Assembly (NCBI GenBank): GCA_965203445.1
Contig: OZ241883.1
Coordinates: 1,536,001 to 1,600,000, forward strand
DNA from: Candidatus Oxydemutator sp.
GTDB taxonomy: Bacteria > Pseudomonadota > Gammaproteobacteria > Poriferisulfidales > Oxydemutatoraceae
Direction of reading: 5' to 3'
DNA: 64,000 bases
Part shown: piece by piece, positions 21,551-30,440 of the stretch
Numbering within the stretch: position 1 is the stretch's first letter
Layout: the number at the start of each line of letters is the position of its first letter
The notes under the pieces: model-generated
What the model was told of the DNA's origin: nothing
What the model saw: only the letters and a program-made list of their open reading frames with translations
Databases searched by the model: none
Position numbers and translations under genes: made by a program

Positions 21551-24388
21551 ATGCGACCGGAACAAAACAAAGCCGATCGCCGCCTGCGCGCGCGCGTCAA
21601 ACTGCTGGGCAGCCTGCTGGGCGACGTCATCGAGGAGCAGAGCGGCGCGCCCGTATTCCGCGCGGTCGAGCACCTGCGGCGCGGCTTCGTGTCGCTCAAG
21701 AGAAGCGAGAACGACGAGAAGCGCCGCCGCCTGCTGCGCTACATAGACAAACTCGACCTGGCGACGGTCGGGCAGGTGATACGGGCGTTTTCCATTTACT
21801 TCAGCCTGGTCAACGTGGCCGAGGAAATCGCGCGTCACCAGCGCTTCAGCCACGCGATGCGCGACCGCGAAAAGAGGCGCAAGGACGGCTCGCTCGAGGG
21901 CGCGCTGGCGACGCTCAAGGAAAACGAAATCGGCGCCGAGGACGTCGCCAAACTGTTCGCCAAACTCTGCTACATACCGGTGTTCACCGCGCACCCGACC
22001 GAGGCCAAGCGGCGCACGATACTGCAACTGCAAAAGCGCATACTGCACACGCTGCTCGAACACGAGACGGCCAGGGATACCGCGACCAAGACGCGCGTCA
22101 CTGAAAAACTGAAGGATCAGATCCAAATCCTGTGGAAGACCGACGAGATGCGGCTTAACAAGCCGACGGTCGAGGCCGAGGTCATCAACGGTCTGCACTA
22201 TTTCAAGACCTCGCTGTTCGAGGCGGTGCCGCGCACCTACCGCAATCTCGAGAGGGCCGCGGCCGAAATCTATCCCGGCGACGACGTCAAGGTGCCCAGT
22301 TTTATCCGCTTCGGTTCGTGGATCGGCGGCGACCGCGACGGCAATCCCTACGTGACGCCCGCGATCACGCGCAAGGCGGTGCAGTTGCAGACGGCGACCA
22401 TGCTCGAGGAGTACGCGGCGCGCCTCGAGGAGCTGATCGGCGTGCTGACCCACTCGAACAGCCTGGCGACGCCGTCGGAGAACTTTATCCTGCTGCAGGA
22501 GAGAGACCGCAATATCGCGCGCGCCACCTTCGCCGACGCCGCCACCGACTTCATGAAGGAACCGTACCGCAGGAAACTCGCGGTCATGCGCTACCGGTTG
22601 TGCGCGCGGCTGGCCGCGTTGGGCGACGGCGCGCCTTCGCCGACGCGAGGGGAACACGCCTACCGCGACGCCGGCGAGTTTCTCGAAGACTTGCGTTCGA
22701 TAGACGAATCGCTGCGCCACCACGGCGACGACCGCATCGCCGACGCCGAACTGAAGGACCTGGTGCGTCTGGTCGAGACCTTCGGTTTTCACCTGGCGCG
22801 GCTCGACGTGCGCGAGGAATCGAGCCGCCACGAGCTGGCCGTAGCCGCGATCGCGCGCCAGTGGGGGTGCGCCGACTACGCCGCTCTGGGGCCCGAGGGC
22901 CAAGCCGCCTTCCTGACCGAGAAGCTTACGGCGCGGACGCTGCCGCCGCTCGACCGCAAAAAGCTCGGCGACGACGCGAGCCGCGTGCTCGACGTGTTTC
23001 ACTGCATAGCCGAGGTGCAGCGGCAATTCGGTCGCGGTGCGATTGGCAGCTACGTGATCTCGATGACGCACGACGCCAGCGACGTACTAGAGGTGATGCT
23101 GCTCGGCAAACTGGCCGGGCTTGTCGGCCAAGACGCCGACGGCGGCGTGATCTGCCGCCTGCGACCGTCGCCGCTGTTCGAGACGATAGACGATCTCGCG
23201 CGCGTCAAGCAGACCCTGGAAGACCTGTTCGGCAACCCCGCCTACAAGGCCTTGTTGCAGGCCTCCGGCAGCATCCAGGAAATCATGCTCGGCTACTCGG
23301 ACTCGTGCAAGGACGGCGGCATCCTGGCCTCGATCTGGGGACTGTACGAGGCCCAGAAGAGCATCACCGCGATGGCCGTCAAGCACAACGTCGTGTGCCG
23401 CCTGTTCCACGGGCGCGGCGGCACCGTCGGGCGCGGCGGCGGCCCGACCTACCGCGCGATCACGTCGCAGCCGCCAGGCACCGTCGGCGGCCAGATAAAA
23501 ATCACCGAACAGGGGGAGGTGCTGTCGTTCAAGTACAGCAACGTCGACACCGCGATCTATGAACTTTCGACCTCGGTGTCCGGCCTGATAGAGGCCAGCC
23601 GCCACCTGGCGATGACGCGCCGCCTGAGCCTCGAGTCGAAGCCCAAGGACGAGCGCGAGAACCTGAAGGCGATGAAGGAACTGGCGCGCTTGGGCGAGCG
23701 CAGTTACCGCGCGCTGATAGACGAGACCGACGGCCTGCTCGATTATTTCTACGAGGCCACACCGGTCGTCGAGATCGGCGAGATGAGCATCGGTTCGCGC
23801 CCGACGCACCGCCGCGGCAGCGACCGCTCGCGCCAGTCCATCCGCGCGATACCGTGGGTGTTCGGGTGGTCGCTGTCGCGCCACACGCTGCCGGCGTGGT
23901 ACGGTCTCGGCAGCGCGCTCGAAACCTACGCCGCCGAGGCCGCCGGCGGCCTTCGGAAACTACAGTCGCTCTACGACGAATGGCCGTTTTTTCACAACCT
24001 GATCGAGAACCTGCACATGGCGCTGTCCAAGGCCAACATGGCGACCGCGCGCGAATACGCCAGACTGTGCGACGACGCCGACGGCGCCGACGCGATTTTC
24101 CGCCGCATAGAGGACGAATACCGCAGGACCGTGGACTACGTGCTGAAAATCAGCCGCTGCGGGCAACTGCTCGAACACCAGCAGGCGTTGATGCTGTCGC
24201 TGCAACGCAGGGAACCGTATCTGGATCCGTTGAACTACATCCAGCTGTCGTTGATCCGGCGTTTTCGACCGGACTACCTGGGGCGGCGGCGCGACGAGGC
24301 CGAGGCCGTGCCGATGGAAGATGAGCACTTGGCGCTGGTGTTGCGTTCGATCAGCGCGATCGCGACCGGTATGCGCAACACCGGCTGA
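21551..24388 (+). CDS. ppc: Phosphoenolpyruvate carboxylase
   Basis: VFTAHPTE, GSWIGGDRDGNP, MLGYSDSCKDGG, FHGRGGTVGRGGGP, RAIPWVF, GMRNTG C-terminus. Confidence 0.97.
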   Translation: MRPEQNKADRRLRARVKLLGSLLGDVIEEQSGAPVFRAVEHLRRGFVSLKRSENDEKRRRLLRYIDKLDLATVGQVIRAFSIYFSLVNVAEEIARHQRFSHAMRDREKRRKDGSLEGALATLKENEIGAEDVAKLFAKLCYIPVFTAHPTEAKRRTILQLQKRILHTLLEHETARDTATKTRVTEKLKDQIQILWKTDEMRLNKPTVEAEVINGLHYFKTSLFEAVPRTYRNLERAAAEIYPGDDVKVPSFIRFGSWIGGDRDGNPYVTPAITRKAVQLQTATMLEEYAARLEELIGVLTHSNSLATPSENFILLQERDRNIARATFADAATDFMKEPYRRKLAVMRYRLCARLAALGDGAPSPTRGEHAYRDAGEFLEDLRSIDESLRHHGDDRIADAELKDLVRLVETFGFHLARLDVREESSRHELAVAAIARQWGCADYAALGPEGQAAFLTEKLTARTLPPLDRKKLGDDASRVLDVFHCIAEVQRQFGRGAIGSYVISMTHDASDVLEVMLLGKLAGLVGQDADGGVICRLRPSPLFETIDDLARVKQTLEDLFGNPAYKALLQASGSIQEIMLGYSDSCKDGGILASIWGLYEAQKSITAMAVKHNVVCRLFHGRGGTVGRGGGPTYRAITSQPPGTVGGQIKITEQGEVLSFKYSNVDTAIYELSTSVSGLIEASRHLAMTRRLSLESKPKDERENLKAMKELARLGERSYRALIDETDGLLDYFYEATPVVEIGEMSIGSRPTHRRGSDRSRQSIRAIPWVFGWSLSRHTLPAWYGLGSALETYAAEAAGGLRKLQSLYDEWPFFHNLIENLHMALSKANMATAREYARLCDDADGADAIFRRIEDEYRRTVDYVLKISRCGQLLEHQQALMLSLQRREPYLDPLNYIQLSLIRRFRPDYLGRRRDEAEAVPMEDEHLALVLRSISAIATGMRNTG

Positions 24389-24418
24389 CGCTCCGCGCGA
24401 ATCGCCGCCGGCGCCCCT

Positions 24419-25306
24419 TCAGTGCAGGCAGCGCGCGAGTTCGGCGCCTAAGTTTTCCATCATGTGGAAGTACAGATCGGGCCCGGGTTCGAGGCCGGCG
24501 CCGAGCACGTCGAGAACGCCGAACCCGACGCCGGTGTCTTCGGCCAACTCGCGCAGCACGTTCTTCATGCGTTCGGGAAACTGTGGTTCGTGGAACACGC
24601 AGACCGCGCCGGTATCGCGGATGGTTTCCTCGATCTCGTGCAGTTCCCGGATCGAGGCGCCGCCGTGCCCGTGCCCATGTCCGTGATCGTGCACGTCCGC
24701 CACTACGGTCGCCGCCAATTCGTAGCGATGTGCGAAGTAGAGGTAGGCGTCGTGGAGGACGACGAAGGGTTTGTCGCGCACCGCGGCCAGGCGTTCCCGC
24801 AGGCTCTGGTCAAGCGCTTCCAGGCGCGCGATCAACGCTTGTGCGTTGGCCTCGTACAGGGCGAGTTTCTGTGGCCACGCCTTGCCGAGTTCGCGCGCAA
24901 CGATGGAGGCGATGCTGGCGGCAAATCGCGGATCCGGCCATACGTGCGGATCGAAGCGGTAGTCTCCGGTTTCATCGCGCGGCGGCAGCACCTCGCGCGC
25001 AAGCGGGACTCGGCGCACCGACTCGGGCAGCGCCTTGAAAATCTTTCGCAGGTAGCTTTCGAGCGTCTCGTCCACGTAGAAGACGACGGCGGCGTCCTGC
25101 AACGCCTGCATCTGCGAGGGCTTCAGCCGCATGCCGTGCGGCGAATGCCGCGCGTCGGACAACAGCCGCACGTCCCCGTCGTCGCCCATCACGCCTTGCA
25201 CCAGCGAGTGCAGCGGTGCGATGGTCGCGACCACCGTCGCCGGGCGCGCGGCGGCCTGCGCCGCAAGCGACAACAAAGCGAATGCTATAATCATGCGTTT
25301 TGCCAT
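24419..25306 (-). CDS. znuA: Zinc ABC transporter substrate-binding protein
   Basis: VVATIAPLHSLV, SPH, DPHVW, HDAY.YF, His-rich HDHGHGHGH insert; AAGGAGA RBS. Confidence 0.9.
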   Translation of the reverse strand: MAKRMIIAFALLSLAAQAAARPATVVATIAPLHSLVQGVMGDDGDVRLLSDARHSPHGMRLKPSQMQALQDAAVVFYVDETLESYLRKIFKALPESVRRVPLAREVLPPRDETGDYRFDPHVWPDPRFAASIASIVARELGKAWPQKLALYEANAQALIARLEALDQSLRERLAAVRDKPFVVLHDAYLYFAHRYELAATVVADVHDHGHGHGHGGASIRELHEIEETIRDTGAVCVFHEPQFPERMKNVLRELAEDTGVGFGVLDVLGAGLEPGPDLYFHMMENLGAELARCLH

Positions 25307-26051
25307 GTCTTCATCTCCTTCATCCTGTTCGTTGATCCGCGCCCGCAATATAAGCGTCAGGCACGGCGGTCGCACCCTGTTGCGCGACGTCTCGTTGCAG
25401 ATCGAGGAGCGCGATTTTATCACGATAGTCGGGCCGAACGGCGCCGGCAAGACGACGCTGCTCAAATGCCTGATGGGTTTCCTCGCGCCCGACGAAGGCG
25501 CGGTCGCGCGCGCGCCGAGATTGCGCATCGGTTACGTTCCGCAGCGCTTTGCCACCGACCCGGCGATGCCGCTGTCGGCGCGCCGCTTCCTGGCGTTGCG
25601 CAAACGCGCCGACGCGCGCGCGATTGCCGAAGTCGCCGCGGAGACCGCGGCCGGCGACGCGCTCGACAAGCCGATGCACGTGCTGTCCGGCGGCGAGTTG
25701 CAGCGCGTGTTGCTGGCGCGCGCGTTGCTCGGCGACCCGCAACTGCTGGTGCTCGACGAAGGCGCGCAAAATCTCGACGTCTCGGGCCAGCTGGCCTTCT
25801 ACAGGCTGCTCGAGCGCATTTACGACGAGCGTCGCCTGGCGATACTGATGGTGTCGCATGATCTGCACCTGGTGATGGCCTCGACGCGGCACGTAGTGTG
25901 CCTGTTTCACCACGTGTGTTGTTCGGGGCGCCCGCGCGAGGTCGCGCAGGACCCCGAGTTCATCTCGTTGTTCGGCGACGACGTGGCGAAGATGATGGCG
26001 GTCTATCACCACGAGCACGATCACGCCCACGACGACGAGCGCCGCGCCTGA
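25305..26051 (+). CDS. znuC: Zinc ABC transporter ATP-binding protein (start uncertain: 25293, 25305 or 25332)
   Basis: GPNGAGKTT, IGYVPQ, LSGGELQRVLLARAL, VSHDLHLVM, HVCCSG, YHHEHDH tail. Confidence 0.93.
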   Translation: MSSSPSSCSLIRARNISVRHGGRTLLRDVSLQIEERDFITIVGPNGAGKTTLLKCLMGFLAPDEGAVARAPRLRIGYVPQRFATDPAMPLSARRFLALRKRADARAIAEVAAETAAGDALDKPMHVLSGGELQRVLLARALLGDPQLLVLDEGAQNLDVSGQLAFYRLLERIYDERRLAILMVSHDLHLVMASTRHVVCLFHHVCCSGRPREVAQDPEFISLFGDDVAKMMAVYHHEHDHAHDDERRA

Positions 26052-26056
26052 ACCCC

Positions 26057-26857
26057 GTGCTTGAACCATTCGTGTTGCGCGCGATCACGGCCGGCGTCGG
26101 CGTCGCGCTGATCGCCGGCGTGCTCGGCTGCTTCGTCGTGTGGCGGCGCATGGCCTACTTCGGCGACTCACTCGCGCACAGCGGGCTGCTCGGCGTCGCG
26201 CTCGGGCTGCTCTACGGCTTCAGCGTCAACCTCGGCGTCGTCGTCGTCTGTTCGGGGTTTGCGGTGCTGCTGGCGTGGATGCAGCACGCGCGCGTGCTTG
26301 CGACCGACACGCTGCTCGGAATCCTGGCGCACGCGGCGCTCTCGATCGGCGTCGTCACCGTCAGTTTTGCCGAAGGCCCGCACCTGGACCTGCACGGCTA
26401 CCTGTTCGGCGACATCTTGAGCGTGACGCCGCATGATCTTTACTGGATATATGGCGGCGGCGCGCTGGTGCTCATCGGCCTGTTCGCCAACTGGTCGTCG
26501 TTGACGCTGATGACGGTGCACGAGGACCTGGCGCGCGCCGAGGGCGTCAACACCCTGGCCATGAATCTGCTGTTGATGTTTTCGATGACCATAGTCGTCG
26601 CCGTGCTGCTGCGCATCGTCGGTATTCTGTTGATCACCTCGATGCTGATCATCCCGGCGGCGGCGGCGCGCCAACTGGTGTCCTCGCCGGGCGCGATGGC
26701 GACCGTGGCCGCGACCTTGGGCGTGATCGCGGTCGCCATGGGCATCTTCGGTTCGATACATTTCGACACGCCGTCCGGCCCGTCCATCGTGGTCGCCGCG
26801 GTGCTGCTGTTTGCATTGTTGTTCCCGCCGTCGCTGTGGCGCGCGCGCCGCCGCTGA
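26057..26857 (+). CDS. znuB: Zinc ABC transporter permease
   Basis: GCFVVWRRMAYFGDSLAH, YLFGDIL, LIIPAAAAR, DTPSGPSIV. Confidence 0.94.
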   Translation: MLEPFVLRAITAGVGVALIAGVLGCFVVWRRMAYFGDSLAHSGLLGVALGLLYGFSVNLGVVVVCSGFAVLLAWMQHARVLATDTLLGILAHAALSIGVVTVSFAEGPHLDLHGYLFGDILSVTPHDLYWIYGGGALVLIGLFANWSSLTLMTVHEDLARAEGVNTLAMNLLLMFSMTIVVAVLLRIVGILLITSMLIIPAAAARQLVSSPGAMATVAATLGVIAVAMGIFGSIHFDTPSGPSIVVAAVLLFALLFPPSLWRARRR

Positions 26858-27042
26858 CGGAGTCGGGTTTGCCATCAGACTTCCGCCTCGGGATGAGGGA
26901 AAGAGGCAGAATAACGGAGCGGGTTTGTATAAGACCAGAAACGTACCGGACAATGTCTTAGCCACAAAAAGACAGCCGACGTGAAAAACCCCCTGCGACC
27001 CTCTCCCTCTATAAGAGAGGGTGGGCCGAAAACCTTTGTTGG

Positions 27043-27242
27043 TTAACGTACCAGGATTGTTCGGCGGCGACCGTGGTTCTTTATTATGAAGTGGCGGTCT
27101 TGGGACAGGACTTCGGCGTCGTGGTTGAGGTCGGCGTCGGCTTTGTAGTTGCCGGACTCGTTCGGGGTGCGGTAGTGGGCGGGGGTCAGGGGGATCAGGT
27201 TGGTTGTGCGTATCAGGGCGTAGTCTTGTGCGTCTATGGTGC
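27043..27242 (-). pseudogene. 3' remnant of a gene ending in a dockerin-like module, truncated by an IS end
   Basis: Manual translation TIDAQDYALIRTTNL...SGNYKADADLNHDAEVLSQDRHFIIKNHG...TAA aligns without gaps (29/57 identical by hand) to the C-terminus of the 30441-34580 protein. No start codon; homology stops exactly at the IS repeat. Confidence 0.85.
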
Positions 27243-27273
27243 TGAACCGCCCCGTGTTTTTCGGAGACTTCCA
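27243..27273 (+). mobile_element. Solo IS3-family terminal inverted repeat (left-end-like)
   Basis: TGAACCGCCCCGTGTTTTTCGGAGACTTCCA, canonical 5'-TG start, IS6110/IS629-like; no transposase follows. Confidence 0.8.
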
Positions 27274-27293
27274 TAATGAGGGAGAATAGCGGC

Positions 27294-27779
27294 ATGAAAA
27301 ACTTTGCCATCGGCCTGCTGGCCGGCATCATCATCGGCGGCGTCGGCGGCTTTGCCGCCGGCATCTTCGTCTTTCCGTACCTGTTCCCACCGCCGCCGGT
27401 TCACGAGACCGTGGCGAACGAGGAACACCGGCGGGTCGTCGCCAAGGGCAGCTTCATCCACGCCGATCCGTCCGATCCGGTGCACTATGGAAGCGGTGGG
27501 GTAACGGTGTACGATGACCTGCTGCACCTGGAGGACGATTTTCGCGTGGGCCCCGGGCCCAAATACCATGTCTATCTGGTGCCGCAGGAAGACGTCACTC
27601 CGAACACCAGGGTGGAGCAGACGATGTTCGTCGACCTCGGGCGCTTGAAGGCCTTTTCCGGCGGCCAGAACTACGCGGTGCCGGCCGGCACCGACGTGGC
27701 CAATTACCGCTCGGTGGTCATCTGGTGCGAGCAGTTCGACGTGCTGATCTCGCCCGCGGTGCTCGATTTCTCGCGGTAG
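27294..27779 (+). CDS. DM13 domain protein, membrane-anchored
   Basis: N-terminal TM; G.F.HA.P.DPVH, GPGPKYHVYL, DLGRLKAFSGGQNY, SVVIWCEQF.VL. Confidence 0.88.
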   Translation: MKNFAIGLLAGIIIGGVGGFAAGIFVFPYLFPPPPVHETVANEEHRRVVAKGSFIHADPSDPVHYGSGGVTVYDDLLHLEDDFRVGPGPKYHVYLVPQEDVTPNTRVEQTMFVDLGRLKAFSGGQNYAVPAGTDVANYRSVVIWCEQFDVLISPAVLDFSR

Positions 27780-27812
27780 CCGCGGGCGGATTGTTTGCGG
27801 CGCCTTTGCGGG

Positions 27813-28349
27813 ATGAAAGACGCCGCCGCGACGCGCGCCAAAGGCAGGCGGATTTTTTTCGGTCTCCAGCCGGACGCGGCCGCGTGTGCCGCGTTGTCGC
27901 GCGCGCAGTCGGCCATCGGCGCCGCCGGACGCCGGATGGCGGCGGACAACCTGCACGTGACGATAGCCTTCCTCGGTTCCTGCGACGCGGCGCGCGAGGC
28001 CTGCGCGCACCGCGCCGCGCTGGCGGTGCGCGGCGCGCCTTTTCCGCTGCGCCTGAACCTGTGCGGCTACTTCGAGCGTCCGCGCATCGTCCACGTCTAT
28101 CCGGAATCGCCGCCGCCGGAATTGCCGTCGCTGCATCGCGCTTTGTGGGCCGGACTGCGTGCGTGCGCTTTCCGGGCGCCGCGCGCGTTTAAGCCGCACC
28201 TGACGTTGTTTCGCGGCGTTACCCGCCGGCCGACGCCGGGGGAGTTCGCAGCCGCCGAATGGAGCGTGCGCTCCTTTTGCATGGTCGAGTCGCGGTTGCA
28301 CGAGAAAGGCGCACGCTACACGGTGCTGCACGAATACCCGTTGTCCTGA
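27813..28349 (+). CDS. thpR: RNA 2',3'-cyclic phosphodiesterase (2H family)
   Basis: RIFFG, NLHVTIAFLG, FKPHLTLFR: two HxT motifs. Confidence 0.88.
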   Translation: MKDAAATRAKGRRIFFGLQPDAAACAALSRAQSAIGAAGRRMAADNLHVTIAFLGSCDAAREACAHRAALAVRGAPFPLRLNLCGYFERPRIVHVYPESPPPELPSLHRALWAGLRACAFRAPRAFKPHLTLFRGVTRRPTPGEFAAAEWSVRSFCMVESRLHEKGARYTVLHEYPLS

Positions 28350-28532
28350 AGCCGGGCGCCTTGCCGCGCCTGCGGCCTGTTTGTCGGTGATTGCGAGAGG
28401 AGTCCTATATCGGCGGCCGCCGTCGGCAAGATCCGGCCGTTCGCACGCGCCTCGTCGAGAACGCGGCAATCCGTTGTCCCGCGAGCGCGGCGCCGCTTGT
28501 CATATCCCGCGCATTCGCTATTATGCGTTGAA

Positions 28533-30377
28533 ATGGCAGATTCGCTTGAGACCACGCACCCCGCCATCGGGCGCACGATGGCGGGGTCGGACATCGTGAT
28601 CGAGACCCTGGCCGACCTCGGCGTGGATACGATATTCGGCTACAGCGGCGGCGCCATTCTGCCCACCTACGACGCTATTTTCCGCTTCAACGACGAGCAC
28701 GGCGGCGGCGACGCGATCAACCTCGTGGTGCCGGCCAACGAGCAGGGCGCGTGCTTCATGGCGTCCGGCTATGCCCGCGCCAGCGGACGTCCCGGCGTGT
28801 GCCTCGTGACCTCGGGGCCGGGCGCGACCAACTGCGTGACGCCGGTGCGCGACTCGCTCGCCGACTCGGTGCCGCTGGTCCTGCTGAGCGGCCAGGTGCC
28901 GACCGGCGCGATGGGCACCGACGCCTTTCAGGAGGCGCCGATCGTGAACATCATGGCGCCGTGCGCCAAGCACGTCTTTCTGGTCAAGGACGTCGCGCGC
29001 CTCGAGGCCACGATCCGCGCCGCCTTCGAGATCGCGTCGAGCGGGCGTCCCGGCCCGGTCGTCGTGGACGTTCCGAAAGACGTGCAGAACTGCGAGTGCG
29101 CATTTCGCGGCGCCGCCCACGTGCTCGACCTGCACGGATACCGCGAGCGCCTGGGGCGCGTGCTAGGCAACCTTCCGAACGCCGAAAAATGCCGCGCTTT
29201 CTTCGATCTGCTAGGCGCCTGCGAGCGTCCGCTGCTGTACGTCGGCGGCGGCGTCATCCATTCCGGCGCGACCGCGCTGCGCGCGTTCGCCGAGCGCTAC
29301 CGCGTCCCGGTCGTGACCACGCTGATGGGCATAGGCGCGGTCGACACGACGCGCGACACCAGCCTGCACATGCTCGGCATGCACGGCACCGCGTACGCGA
29401 ACTACGCGGTCGAGGACTGCGACGTGCTGATCGCGGTCGGCGCGCGTTTCGACGACCGCGTCGCCGGGCGCCCCGACGTGTTCGCGCCGAACGCCAAGGC
29501 GATTCTGCACATAGACATAGACGGCGCCGAGATCAACAAGGTCATGGACACCGCGTGGTCGCACCACGGCGACGCCGACGCGACGTTGCGCGCGCTGATC
29601 GAAAACGACGGCGGTTTCGCCGCCGATTACGCTCCGTGGCTTGCGCACGTCGCGCGCCTGAAGCAGAAATACAGGCTCGATTACCGGCGCGACGGCGACC
29701 TGATCCAGCCGTACTACGTGCTCGAGCTGCTGAACGAACTGATACGGGGCGAGGCCATCGTCACGACCGGCGTCGGCCAGCACCAGATGTGGGCGGCGCA
29801 GTATCTCGACTACAAGCATCCGCGCACCTGGCTTACGTCCGGCTCGATGGGGACGATGGGCTTCGGCCTGCCCGCGGCCATCGGCGCGCAGTTCGCGTGC
29901 CCGCACAAGATGGTTTTCGACATAGACGGCGACGGCAGCCTGCGCATGAACTTCGGCGAGCTTGAGACCGTGACCACCTACAAGCTGCCGCTCAAGGTGC
30001 TGTTGCTGAACAACTTCGGCGACGGCATGGTGCGCCAGTGGCAGAAGACTTTTTTCAAGAGCCGCTACGCCGGTTCCGACAAGTCGCTCTACCGCAAGGA
30101 CTTCGTGCAGGCGGCCAAGGCCGACGGCTACCCCTTCGCCAGGCGCGTGACCGACAAGGCCGAGCTGCCGGGCGTGCTGTCCGCGTTCGTCGCCGCCGAC
30201 ACGCCGGCCTTTCTCGAGGTCGTCATAGACCAGGACGCCGGCGTCTATCCGATGGTCAGCCCCGGCACCGGCTACAAGCAGATGATCACCGGCGATTACA
30301 TTCCGCGCCGCGAGCAGCAGGGCGACGCCGGCGAGGAGCAGAGCGTGGATCCGATCAGCAGTTCGGAGATGTTCTGA
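28533..30377 (+). CDS. ilvB: Acetolactate synthase large subunit, biosynthetic type
   Basis: FGYSGGAILP, TSGPGATN, GTDAFQEA, MLGMHG, GARFDDRV, GVGQHQMW, GTMGFGLPAA, GDGS, GMVRQWQ. Confidence 0.93.
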   Translation: MADSLETTHPAIGRTMAGSDIVIETLADLGVDTIFGYSGGAILPTYDAIFRFNDEHGGGDAINLVVPANEQGACFMASGYARASGRPGVCLVTSGPGATNCVTPVRDSLADSVPLVLLSGQVPTGAMGTDAFQEAPIVNIMAPCAKHVFLVKDVARLEATIRAAFEIASSGRPGPVVVDVPKDVQNCECAFRGAAHVLDLHGYRERLGRVLGNLPNAEKCRAFFDLLGACERPLLYVGGGVIHSGATALRAFAERYRVPVVTTLMGIGAVDTTRDTSLHMLGMHGTAYANYAVEDCDVLIAVGARFDDRVAGRPDVFAPNAKAILHIDIDGAEINKVMDTAWSHHGDADATLRALIENDGGFAADYAPWLAHVARLKQKYRLDYRRDGDLIQPYYVLELLNELIRGEAIVTTGVGQHQMWAAQYLDYKHPRTWLTSGSMGTMGFGLPAAIGAQFACPHKMVFDIDGDGSLRMNFGELETVTTYKLPLKVLLLNNFGDGMVRQWQKTFFKSRYAGSDKSLYRKDFVQAAKADGYPFARRVTDKAELPGVLSAFVAADTPAFLEVVIDQDAGVYPMVSPGTGYKQMITGDYIPRREQQGDAGEEQSVDPISSSEMF

Positions 30378-30440
30378 GGCGGCCGCTGGGCGGCGGCGCA
30401 TGGATGGCGCGTCCCGTGCGCCGTGCGCTGCCGGCGCGCG

